Below, one piece after another: positions 9,919 to 19,197 of a stretch of 64,000 bases of DNA (positions are counted from its first letter, which is position 1; the number at the start of each line of letters is the position of its first letter). The DNA is taken from positions 38,749 to 102,748 of the IMG/VR virus record IMGVR_UViG_3300044825_001003; one strand, given 5' to 3'. Made by a program: the position numbers and the translations under genes. Source of the stretch: a virus. The notes beneath the pieces were generated by a model, which was not told the origin of the DNA, searched no databases, and was given only the letters and a program-made list of their open reading frames with translations.

Positions 9919-10284
9919 ATGTTTAATCTCGGTCGCATTCGTGACTTTTTTTCCGGCCTTCTCAAGAAGTTCTGGGACAACAAGACTCTATACAATAACC
10001 TGATCTACGTTGAAGACCTAATTCCTAAGGTTGGTCCGTTTATCAAGATCGCTGGCGATATTGCGGTTGGTTTGATTCCCGGCAACGTAGATGACGCTGC
10101 TTGGGCCGCGCTGAAAGCCAAGTACCCAAAGCTGTTCGATGGAACAAAGGTAGATCCTGAGATCGCCAAGCTCTACGCTCTCGGTATTGCTACTGATCTA
10201 GTTGAGCGGCGGTATCCAGACATCTCCACGACTGTCGCCCGAACCGCTACCCAGATTGCCTACCTGCTAGAAAAGAGCAAGTGA
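9919..10284 (+). CDS. Hypothetical protein
   Basis: AAGGAG RBS; GTGA overlap with the next gene. Confidence 0.65.
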   Translation: MFNLGRIRDFFSGLLKKFWDNKTLYNNLIYVEDLIPKVGPFIKIAGDIAVGLIPGNVDDAAWAALKAKYPKLFDGTKVDPEIAKLYALGIATDLVERRYPDISTTVARTATQIAYLLEKSK

Positions 10285-10973
10285 ACTTAGCAATTCAGAT
10301 CGCCAGAATGACTATGTACATTTCTGCCGCAGTTCTGTGTATCTGCCTCTCCTATCAGGCTGTCTTTCTGCCGAAGAAGATGGAGCCGCGCGTATCTCGA
10401 CTAGCTGAGCGGCTGGAGGCACGGGATGAACAAATCAAGAAAATACTGTCAGACACTGGCGCGATGGTGGAGGATAACTACTGGACCACGAAGGCAAACG
10501 TGGAAACCACAGCGGTTATCCTCCGCGACGTTTCAGAGATCACCAGATCCATTAGATCGGAAGTAATTCCCGAACTGACGGACACCTTAAAGCATTTTCG
10601 TTTATTGATTAAGGCCACAGAGAATGACTTACAAGTATTGTCTGCCAGCGGAAATGAGACTATTAAAGCGACTACCGAACTGGTGCGTCAACTTGATAGC
10701 CTTACTGAAGAATTGGAAGTCCAAGTAAAGCAAGGGTCTCCGAAGGTTTTCCAGACCGTCGAAACAATAGACAAGCTGATTGCCGATATAGATAAACAGG
10801 TAAACAACCCTGACTTATATGCGATTGCTGGCAACGTAAAAGACATTACCGGCAACACGGCAGAAATCACAAAGACAGTGGATGTCGCCACAAGGCCGCT
10901 CAGAGAGAAAGTTAAACTGATTAAGATCGTACTTTTTCGCGTCCTTGGAATGATCCGCATTACCCCGTTCTAA
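10281..10973 (+). CDS. Membrane-anchored coiled-coil protein (possible lysis/spanin-like)
   Basis: N-terminal hydrophobic helix followed by a long heptad-rich region; function is inference. Confidence 0.5.
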   Translation: MNLAIQIARMTMYISAAVLCICLSYQAVFLPKKMEPRVSRLAERLEARDEQIKKILSDTGAMVEDNYWTTKANVETTAVILRDVSEITRSIRSEVIPELTDTLKHFRLLIKATENDLQVLSASGNETIKATTELVRQLDSLTEELEVQVKQGSPKVFQTVETIDKLIADIDKQVNNPDLYAIAGNVKDITGNTAEITKTVDVATRPLREKVKLIKIVLFRVLGMIRITPF

Positions 10974-10981
10974 GGTTTTGA

Positions 10982-11011
10982 TTGATATTGAACCACTTGC
11001 ACACCTAGAAT
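10982..11011 (+). promoter_or_regulatory. Putative promoter TTGATA-N18-TAGAAT
   Basis: Intergenic; same TTGATATTGA-N12-CCTANAAT pattern as at 27593. Confidence 0.6.
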
Positions 11012-11018
11012 AAAGGTG

Positions 11019-11834
11019 ATGCCTATTAGTGTTCGGCAAATTTACACTGAAGTTTGCGATCTTCTGCTTGAGCCGACCGCGCTCACGGGCGAGACCGTGA
11101 CCGACGATGACTTTTTGGAGATCCTCAACGATTGCTTGCGTGATTTCATGCAGGCATCTGAGTGCTTCAAGAAGATCAATCACATGCAGCTAGTTGCCGG
11201 GACAAGGGTATACAACGAAGCTTACTTCGTAAATCAACCAACAGCGGTATTCGCAGATGAATCTAATATCTATCGTAGCTCGGGAAATTACTGGGACAAC
11301 TCAGACTATCGCTGGCAACAGTCTGACAGCGGAATCCCTATGGAGTGGCGCAATGACCAAGTTCAAGAGGATCAGGTCGAGGTTCGCCCTGCACCGTCTT
11401 GGACTGGCGATACCGTCACTTGTGCCGCTGGCCTGTACGGAACCATTTCTTCTACTTCTAGTGCTGTTGATTTTGACATCACCACAACAGCCCCCTTATA
11501 TGGAACAATCGCCTCCGCGTATTCTGGTCCGGTATACCTAGAGACAACGTATTCTCTATTTGGCACCGCTGCTAATTTAATAGGCAGTACCAATAATCTT
11601 TCTCAGATCTTCACCTATACGTTTGAGTCAGAGATCACAAGCCTAGACTCCCGCATACCCGACATTCCAGATAGCTTCCAGCCGTATATCAAGTTCATGG
11701 TTCTTTCCAGGATTTTTGGCATGGACGGAGAAGCTAAAAACACAACACTACAGAAGTACTATCTTAATCGGTCGCAAGAGGCCGTGAGATTGCTTCGCGC
11801 TGTATCACAAGAGATTCTACTAGAGGTCGCATAA
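11019..11834 (+). CDS. Head-tail adaptor/ring protein 3
   Basis: ISVRQIYTEV..EILNDCLRDF, VRPAP, IPDSFQPYIKFMVL. Confidence 0.6.
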   Translation: MPISVRQIYTEVCDLLLEPTALTGETVTDDDFLEILNDCLRDFMQASECFKKINHMQLVAGTRVYNEAYFVNQPTAVFADESNIYRSSGNYWDNSDYRWQQSDSGIPMEWRNDQVQEDQVEVRPAPSWTGDTVTCAAGLYGTISSTSSAVDFDITTTAPLYGTIASAYSGPVYLETTYSLFGTAANLIGSTNNLSQIFTYTFESEITSLDSRIPDIPDSFQPYIKFMVLSRIFGMDGEAKNTTLQKYYLNRSQEAVRLLRAVSQEILLEVA

Positions 11835-12088
11835 TGCCATCAGCAGTTACCATCACGCCGCGCAAGCTATTCAAAGAAGACTTGCAATTAACGACAAACC
11901 CAAGCGCTCCCACCTCTAGCCAGACTGTTCTTGGCCTTGGCACGGTAGCTCTTAACCCAATTGACGCGGTTTTTTACTCAGCATTTACGCAGGCATCAAA
12001 CGATTCATCGGCTGGCGTAGCCGGTGTTGCGGTTGGAGAAATCTACTACAACACCACATCTAGCAAGCTAAAAGCACGGATGACCTAA
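11834..12088 (+). CDS. Small virion protein
   Basis: TAATG coupling; AGVAVGEIYY..KLKAR motif seen in fibre-associated proteins. Confidence 0.6.
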   Translation: MPSAVTITPRKLFKEDLQLTTNPSAPTSSQTVLGLGTVALNPIDAVFYSAFTQASNDSSAGVAGVAVGEIYYNTTSSKLKARMT

Positions 12089-12090
12089 AC

Positions 12091-15000
12091 ATGGCTCAAA
12101 ACGTAACGCAGAGATTCCCCTTCTCTAACAAGGGTGTAGTCCAGAAGATTGACATCAATCAACTGCAAGATGGCCAGTATTCATTCCTATTGAACACCGT
12201 GTCCGAGCAGGAAGGATCTCTGTCTCCGCGCTACGGAAGTAGGAACCTACCTGGAGAATGGAAGGCTTCAAATGGATCTACGACTGTAGCCACTCCATCA
12301 GTTATCAACACCCTGCACGTAACGCAGATCGGCGCTACGGCTGACCCGACAATCTATGCTGTTGGCGGCGTAAACATCTTCAGGAAAGATGGCGAGTTAA
12401 GCAACTATCGCAAGGTTGCCGATTCAATCACCGGAAACAGCAAGCGAATTGGTATGTCCACCTACAAGATAGACCAAGCAAGCACGTCTGGCGTAACTTA
12501 TATCGGCACTGGGTACAACACTCATACCTACGGTGGAAGTTCTTACTTTCGAGGTATGCTCCGGGATAGCGGTAAAACAGGAGAGGATTCTTACTATTGG
12601 GGCATTCTTCCGCCAGCGGCACCAGCAATCGCAACTCCCGGTTCGGTAGTAACTAAATCCGTAATTGTTGACGGTAGCGCCTCCTATACCGGAGATCCTG
12701 GTTCTGGCCCACCAGTGACTCTTACGGTAAACAGCACGAGAGTCACCGGAAACATAACGAGCGCGACAGAACAACCCACTGGCTCCAAGTTCTATAAGCT
12801 CGTGCTAAGCCCATCTTCTACAGAGTGGCTTCCTGGGATGTTTGTGAAGGATGCCGGTGGCCAAGCTTCTATCATTGAGAAAGTCGATTCTGCTGGCGCT
12901 ATCTATGCTTATTTCGATACCGCCCCATCTACTTCAATTACCGCATTAACCAGTGGCACGGCTACTGGGGCTGCTGGCTTAATGTATACCGCTACATCTG
13001 GTGCTATCACCGCAGATTTATCCTTTGGTGGAGTTGATGCAGAGGGATATATTAGCGATGACACAGTTGGTTTTTCGTTTTACACATCAACCCCGGAGAA
13101 GATCTACGACATCAGATTAAGGCTGTATACTGGTTCTTCGTCGAACTCTTACTACGAGAAGGCAATCTCACCAGGGCCGGTACAGGATCTTCAAAACGCA
13201 GCGACTGGGAACTCTTTCCAGAATCCAGAGAACGCAGATACCCAAGCTCTTGACAACGGAGCAAGCGACTCCGTTGGGGCTACGAATGTACCGCTGCCTA
13301 CTGGTGAAAACATAAACTACGACCCAATCCAGACTGGCTTAACTCCTACTTATTTAGCTCCGATGAAGCGCGGCGTTGGTGGGTGGAGCCAAGTAGAAAT
13401 CTCAAAGAGGTCTTTCATTGCGGTTGGCCAATCGGCCACTAATGACGGTGGCGGCGCAGGCAACCTTAGCTGGGCAAATATCACAAAGGTAGAAGTCCTA
13501 GTAAGGCCAATCACCACGACAGATGTGGTCGTATTTAAGCTTGGTGCTGTATTCGCCTACGGTGGAAAGGGAGTAAACTCTAACTACAGCGCTAAGCTTA
13601 CTCCGTACTCATACGTCTATACCTACAAGAATCCGACGACTGGAGCTGAGAGCAATCCGTCTATTGAGATGATTGCCGAAAGCGGTATCAATATCGTCAG
13701 GCAGGGCATCGGCGTCACGGTATTAGGTATCACTAATGGCGGATTTGATACTGGCGTAAGCCAGATCTGTATCTACAGGCAGGGCGGCAGTTTCACGGAC
13801 GGGTTTTATCGCAGGGTTGGCGTAATCACAAATCCAGGTGCTACGTACACAACCTTCATGGATACCGCCGACGATCTATCTATTATCGGCGCTCCGATAG
13901 CCGACTTTGATAACGACGCACCAGTAACCTCTGATCTTGGCTTTGAATATAAAGGCGCTATCGCAACAGCAAACATATCCAAAGGTAGCTCTCCAGTAAC
14001 GGTAAATGTTACCGGAGTAAGCTATCCATCTGGCGGAGATTTGAGGACTATTCTCACTCCTGGAACGATAGTTAATATCGGTGGAGGTATTGCTACCTCT
14101 ACAGGTAAGCAAGAATCCTGTATTGTCGCATCGGTTTCAGCCTCTTCATTTACTACCTACGTTCAGCACGACCATCTAATTGGAGAATCTATTATATGGG
14201 ATACGAACGCAGGTATTGCTGGAGATATTCTTTGCTCTGCCTTCAATCGGATGTGGGTAGCGGGAGACCCAAACAACAGGCATCTTCTTTATTCGTCAAA
14301 GACCGGCAGGCCAGAGTCTTTCCCTGTAATCAACCAAGGGACCGGGAACCCGCACGTACTAGCTGTATCCTCTCCTGATAATCCAATTAACGGTATTGCC
14401 GAGTTTAACGGAGAGATCGTATGCCTCTGCCAGAACGGAATTTACACCGTAAGGCTGGATAATGGTCGGCTCGTAGGTCCATTCAAGACCCCCGCAAACC
14501 GTGGTCTTGTTCTCAAGTACGCCTGGGGATACGTCGATAATGAGATCTGGTTTCTCAGTAATGACGGTATCTACGCATGGGGTGGTGGCGCGGTTCGTAA
14601 GGTTAGCTTTGCCATCGACTTTGTGTTCAACAAGAAGACCGTAAATGGGATTGCCTATTTCGATAGGAACAATTCCACATATTACCCAATGTGCAACATC
14701 CAGCAAAAGGGTAACGAGGTATTCTTTAATTACATTAACTCCGATGGATGGTTTTACATCCTGAGGTATCACATCCTGTTTGATCGCTGGAGTGTTGACG
14801 AGGTTTACGATCCTGCATCAAATATATCTAAGACGGAAAACGGCATCCCGTTAAGGGCTGTATCGGTAACGGCTATCTTTGCAGAAAAGGCAAGCAATAA
14901 GCTTTACGCAGCAAAGACTATTGAAACCGGAACTTCCCCGTCTTTTACCTACACAGCCTCATTGATAGAGTACGATGTGATCGGCATTCACCGGGACGCT

Positions 15001-18000
15001 GTGACTAACATCGCAGATCCATACGCCAGCGGAACCTCTGTTTACTACGAAGTAAAGACGAAGTTCTATGACATGGGGGCGTCTCTAACCAAGAAGAACT
15101 TTACCGATATTGGGATTGAGTATACCTCTGGAAGCATTGACTCCAATAACAACCCAGTAAACGATAACACGTTTAACTACAAGCTGTATTACGATTACGC
15201 CAGTACGGCTGATGCGTCTGACTCTAAGGTAATTCCAAGCTCCCCAGCATCCCGCAATATTGCCGAGTTCCCCTTGCAACAAGCTGGGTCTCCCCTCGCG
15301 TCAGCGGGCAAAGAGGCACGCTCTGTCATGTTTGCGCTTTGGGGTGTCTCCAAAGCGTACAACACGTTCCATAATTTCGCCTTTACATTTATCCCGCTGT
15401 CTGAAATCATCAAAGGCAGAGTTACGGACTGGGACGACCTTGGCCACCCGTTTGATAAGCGGTTGTTCAACGTAACTATTGAGTACGATAACAGCAATAC
15501 TGAACTTGTGCTCTACCTAGATACGGTCTCAGGGCTAAATAGCACCACTACGACCCTGGCCCAGCAGACCATCACGCTTGCGGCAAAGTCTGGTAGGGCA
15601 AAGAGCAGCATTCCGATCACTGCCGACATTATTGCCAAGTTAGTCAGGCTTCGCCCGAAAGTAGCCACGGTTGACTATCAGATCTTCAACTACTCATTCC
15701 AGAAGGAAGACTACCCTCGGGACATCGTAAACAACACTGATTGGTCGGACCTTGGGTATCCATACGAGAAGAGGCTTTATCAGCTTTACATTAACTGCGA
15801 TACTAACAGTCAAAATGTAAGCGTGGATATCGAGGCCGATGGCGCTGTACTTCAGACCGTAACGGTAAACGGCAGCGCGACGAACCGTATGCAGACAATC
15901 CCGATCAATAAAGACTTGATCGGCAAGTTGATACGTTTGAAAGTATCTGGCAGCATCCCTGCTGGTGGAAAGTTCCAGTTATTCGATTTCAAATTCGATT
16001 ACGAAAAACTGCCGCAGCCAACAGTTCTATCTACTCCGTGGAACGACTTCGGATACGACTACTTGAAATACGCAGAGCAGATCAGCTTTGACGTGAATAC
16101 AAATAACCAAGTGGTCCCGGTAAGCATCTACGGAGATGGCGTTCTGATGCAGACGGTAAACGTAACCGGAACTCAGGCAAACCGTAATCAAATTATTACC
16201 CTAAACCCAGCTCTCACCTTCCGAACTATGCGATTGGAAGTTGGAGTCATACCGGCTGGGGGCAGGTTCCAGCTATGGGATTACCGTCCAATCTTTAGAC
16301 CGGCTGACAAGGGCGAAGTCTATCACACTTTTGACTGGGATGACTTGCAATATCCCTACGATAAGAAGCTGACTGAAGTAAGCATAGAGTTTGAAACTGG
16401 GGCATCGGATGATGTAAAAATCGCTCTCGATATCCTGTCTGGCGTGGATGGGAATACCAGGACTCTAGCTTTTCAAACTCTAACCCTCCCTAATACGAGC
16501 GGGGCTAGAGGCTTTAAGACGTTTCCAATTAATGAAACAGTTTGCAAGATGATCCGAATTCGAGCAATCGGCTCCGGCTCACCGACGACATCTGTTCTTC
16601 CGGCTACGTTTAAGATGTACGGGTATAAATTTGGAAACGTAGTTCAATACCCAGCAGACATTGTTAATTTCACCGACTGGTCTGACTTGGGCTACCAGTA
16701 CGAAAAGCGACTCTATCAGTTATATGTTAATTGCGATACGAATGGCCAGAACGTAAGCGTAAATATCGAGGCCGATGGCACCGTTCTTCAGACCGTAACC
16801 ATTAATGGGACCGCCACAAACAGGATGCAGCCTATCCCAATAAACAAAGACTTGATAGGTAAACTGATTAGACTGAATGTGGTCAGCGTTCCGGCTGGCG
16901 GTAAATTTCAGCTCTTTGACTACAAGTTCGATTTTGAAAGTCTTCCCAAGCCAATCGTTCTATCTACTCCTTGGTCTGATTTTGGATACGACTACCTCAA
17001 GTATGCCGAGCAGATCAGTTTCGATGTAAACACAAACAATCAAGTCGTTCCCGTCAGTATTTATGGCGACGGCGTTCTAATGCAGACCGTCAATGTCACG
17101 GGAACACAGGCGAACCGGAATCAGATTATCACTTTGAATCCAGCGTTAACATTCCGTACCATGCGGCTAGAGGTCGGGACTGTTCCTGCTGGTGGAAGAT
17201 TCCAACTATGGGACTACAGGCCGATCTTCCGCCCAGCCGACAAGGGAGAGGTTTATCATACCTTTGACTGGGATGACCTCCAGTATCCGTATGACAAAAA
17301 GCTAACCGAAGTGACGATTGAGTTTGAAACCGGAGCCGCAGATGATGTCAAGATTGCCCTTGATACATTATCTGGGCTTAACGGGACTACTCAAACACTC
17401 GCTTTCCAGACTTTGACTCTGCCTAACACCAGCGGAATCAGAGGCTTTAAGACCTTTGCTATCCCAGAGACTGTCTGTAAGATGATTCGAATCCGTGCCA
17501 TTGGCTCCGGGTCGCCAACTACAGCGGTTCTTCCGGCATCCTTTAAGATGTACGGCTACAAGTTTGGCAATGTCATTCAATACCCAGCCGATATCGTCAA
17601 CTTTACCGACTGGTCGGATCTTGGGTACGAGTACGAAAAGCGCTTCTACCAGCTCTATGTAAACTGCGATACGAACGGTCAGAATGTGACCGTGAATATT
17701 GAAGGCGACGGCGCTGTATTGCAGGCAGTGACGATCAACGGAACGGCTACCAACAGAATGCAGGCGATCCCGATGAATAAAGATCTGATCGCAAAGCTGG
17801 TCAGGCTCAACGTAGTTAGTATCCCTGCTGGCGGCAAGTTCCAACTATTCGATCAGAAGTTTGAATACGAGAATCTTCCAAAGCCTATCATCTTGTCTAC
17901 TCCATGGACTGACTTTGGCTACGACTATATGAAGTACGCCGAGCAGATCACGTTTGATGTGAATACAAATGGATACCAGATACCAGTTGACATTTACTGC

Positions 18001-19194
18001 GACGGCATATGGAAGCAGCGCGTTGTTGTCGAAGGTACTCAGGAGGACAGGAACTTTAACTGCACCCTCAATCCTGCGATCACCTTCCAGACGATGCGCC
18101 TTCAGGTAAATCAAGATCAGATTCCAACCGGAGGAAGGTTCCAGCTTTGGGAATACAAGCCAATATTCCGTCCATCGGATAAAGGCCCGGTATACCACAC
18201 GTTTGACTGGGACAATCTTGAGCACCCATATGACAAGAAGATCAGCGAGGTCACGATTGAGTTCGAGACAAACGGCAAGGATGTAGTTGTAGTTCTTGAT
18301 ACGATCACCGGAGTTAACGGCAATACAGAAAATCTAGCCGTACAAAGCTTCACTCTAAACTCTACTGGTCGCGGATACAAGACCTTCCCCATTCCAGAGA
18401 CAATCTGCAAGATGGTAAGAATCCGCGCGTTATCCACAGGCGGTAGGGCAAATCGACTCGACCCTGACTTTAAGATGTGGGGATACAGGTTCGGCAATAC
18501 TGTCCCGTATCCACCAGATATCCAGAGGTTTACCGAGTGGACCGATCTTGAATACCCTTGCGACAAGATCTTCCGGGGCGTCGGACTGACGATTGACACT
18601 GGTGGTGTTGATTGTACTGTAACGCTTGAAGTTGACGGGGTAGCCAAGCAGACTTTTACGGTAAACACAACTAGCGCGGCGCGGCAAACATTTCTCACGG
18701 CTCAAAATGGAGTCGAAATTATTGGCAAGATGTATCGTCTTACTTTCACTCCTGGTACTGGAGGGAAGGCTCAGGTATTCTCGGCTCCACAGTTTAACAC
18801 CGTAAAGGACTCTTGCCCGTTCGTGTTCCTCGATAGCTACGAGCAAGGTCTTGGAAGTGCTGGATACTCAGTCCTTAAGCAATTCTGGGCTGACTACAAA
18901 TGCGATGGAAGTATCACGATCAAGTTCTACAACGAGGAGAATGTATTATTCTACTCAAAGACTCTGGGAGCGCACGCCTCAAGAGACGTGGAAAGATTCT
19001 ATCTTCCCTCAATCAACAACGGCGTAATCAACAAGAGCAAGAAGCACCGTATTACAATAGAAGCTGTAGACCCCACGAAGCCGTTTAAGTGGTATCGAGA
19101 CACGTCCCGGCTGGAGTATATCAACCTATCGGCAGACCAGCGCCAAGGCTACTACCAGTTCATTCCGTGGACCAACATGCAACTCCCGGTGTAA
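12091..19194 (+). CDS. Giant tail nozzle/stabilisation-like protein with ~12 tandem C-terminal modules
   Basis: Nozzle/propeller-type segments (NRMWVAGD, LYSSKTGRPESFP, INGIAEF, IWFLSNDGIY), YSYVYTYKN..ESNPS, then repeated W-x-D-[LF]-G/Q..K modules. Confidence 0.7.
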   Translation: MAQNVTQRFPFSNKGVVQKIDINQLQDGQYSFLLNTVSEQEGSLSPRYGSRNLPGEWKASNGSTTVATPSVINTLHVTQIGATADPTIYAVGGVNIFRKDGELSNYRKVADSITGNSKRIGMSTYKIDQASTSGVTYIGTGYNTHTYGGSSYFRGMLRDSGKTGEDSYYWGILPPAAPAIATPGSVVTKSVIVDGSASYTGDPGSGPPVTLTVNSTRVTGNITSATEQPTGSKFYKLVLSPSSTEWLPGMFVKDAGGQASIIEKVDSAGAIYAYFDTAPSTSITALTSGTATGAAGLMYTATSGAITADLSFGGVDAEGYISDDTVGFSFYTSTPEKIYDIRLRLYTGSSSNSYYEKAISPGPVQDLQNAATGNSFQNPENADTQALDNGASDSVGATNVPLPTGENINYDPIQTGLTPTYLAPMKRGVGGWSQVEISKRSFIAVGQSATNDGGGAGNLSWANITKVEVLVRPITTTDVVVFKLGAVFAYGGKGVNSNYSAKLTPYSYVYTYKNPTTGAESNPSIEMIAESGINIVRQGIGVTVLGITNGGFDTGVSQICIYRQGGSFTDGFYRRVGVITNPGATYTTFMDTADDLSIIGAPIADFDNDAPVTSDLGFEYKGAIATANISKGSSPVTVNVTGVSYPSGGDLRTILTPGTIVNIGGGIATSTGKQESCIVASVSASSFTTYVQHDHLIGESIIWDTNAGIAGDILCSAFNRMWVAGDPNNRHLLYSSKTGRPESFPVINQGTGNPHVLAVSSPDNPINGIAEFNGEIVCLCQNGIYTVRLDNGRLVGPFKTPANRGLVLKYAWGYVDNEIWFLSNDGIYAWGGGAVRKVSFAIDFVFNKKTVNGIAYFDRNNSTYYPMCNIQQKGNEVFFNYINSDGWFYILRYHILFDRWSVDEVYDPASNISKTENGIPLRAVSVTAIFAEKASNKLYAAKTIETGTSPSFTYTASLIEYDVIGIHRDAVTNIADPYASGTSVYYEVKTKFYDMGASLTKKNFTDIGIEYTSGSIDSNNNPVNDNTFNYKLYYDYASTADASDSKVIPSSPASRNIAEFPLQQAGSPLASAGKEARSVMFALWGVSKAYNTFHNFAFTFIPLSEIIKGRVTDWDDLGHPFDKRLFNVTIEYDNSNTELVLYLDTVSGLNSTTTTLAQQTITLAAKSGRAKSSIPITADIIAKLVRLRPKVATVDYQIFNYSFQKEDYPRDIVNNTDWSDLGYPYEKRLYQLYINCDTNSQNVSVDIEADGAVLQTVTVNGSATNRMQTIPINKDLIGKLIRLKVSGSIPAGGKFQLFDFKFDYEKLPQPTVLSTPWNDFGYDYLKYAEQISFDVNTNNQVVPVSIYGDGVLMQTVNVTGTQANRNQIITLNPALTFRTMRLEVGVIPAGGRFQLWDYRPIFRPADKGEVYHTFDWDDLQYPYDKKLTEVSIEFETGASDDVKIALDILSGVDGNTRTLAFQTLTLPNTSGARGFKTFPINETVCKMIRIRAIGSGSPTTSVLPATFKMYGYKFGNVVQYPADIVNFTDWSDLGYQYEKRLYQLYVNCDTNGQNVSVNIEADGTVLQTVTINGTATNRMQPIPINKDLIGKLIRLNVVSVPAGGKFQLFDYKFDFESLPKPIVLSTPWSDFGYDYLKYAEQISFDVNTNNQVVPVSIYGDGVLMQTVNVTGTQANRNQIITLNPALTFRTMRLEVGTVPAGGRFQLWDYRPIFRPADKGEVYHTFDWDDLQYPYDKKLTEVTIEFETGAADDVKIALDTLSGLNGTTQTLAFQTLTLPNTSGIRGFKTFAIPETVCKMIRIRAIGSGSPTTAVLPASFKMYGYKFGNVIQYPADIVNFTDWSDLGYEYEKRFYQLYVNCDTNGQNVTVNIEGDGAVLQAVTINGTATNRMQAIPMNKDLIAKLVRLNVVSIPAGGKFQLFDQKFEYENLPKPIILSTPWTDFGYDYMKYAEQITFDVNTNGYQIPVDIYCDGIWKQRVVVEGTQEDRNFNCTLNPAITFQTMRLQVNQDQIPTGGRFQLWEYKPIFRPSDKGPVYHTFDWDNLEHPYDKKISEVTIEFETNGKDVVVVLDTITGVNGNTENLAVQSFTLNSTGRGYKTFPIPETICKMVRIRALSTGGRANRLDPDFKMWGYRFGNTVPYPPDIQRFTEWTDLEYPCDKIFRGVGLTIDTGGVDCTVTLEVDGVAKQTFTVNTTSAARQTFLTAQNGVEIIGKMYRLTFTPGTGGKAQVFSAPQFNTVKDSCPFVFLDSYEQGLGSAGYSVLKQFWADYKCDGSITIKFYNEENVLFYSKTLGAHASRDVERFYLPSINNGVINKSKKHRITIEAVDPTKPFKWYRDTSRLEYINLSADQRQGYYQFIPWTNMQLPV
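15421..19191 (+). repeat. Intragenic tandem domain array; A-B-C triplet with 933-bp period
   Basis: STPW module starts at 16030, 16963 and 17896, exactly 933 bp apart. Confidence 0.9.
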
Positions 19195-19197
19195 TAG

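Noticed and set aside
9919-10973. Holin/endolysin cassette
   Set aside because: 9919 has no clear TM helix and no free endolysin is adjacent; only the possible spanin-like call was kept, at low confidence.
15421-19194. Repeats as a DGR template/variable pair or an assembly duplication
   Set aside because: Differences are synonymous at all bases rather than adenine-specific, no reverse transcriptase is present, and the copies are too divergent in DNA to be an assembly artefact.
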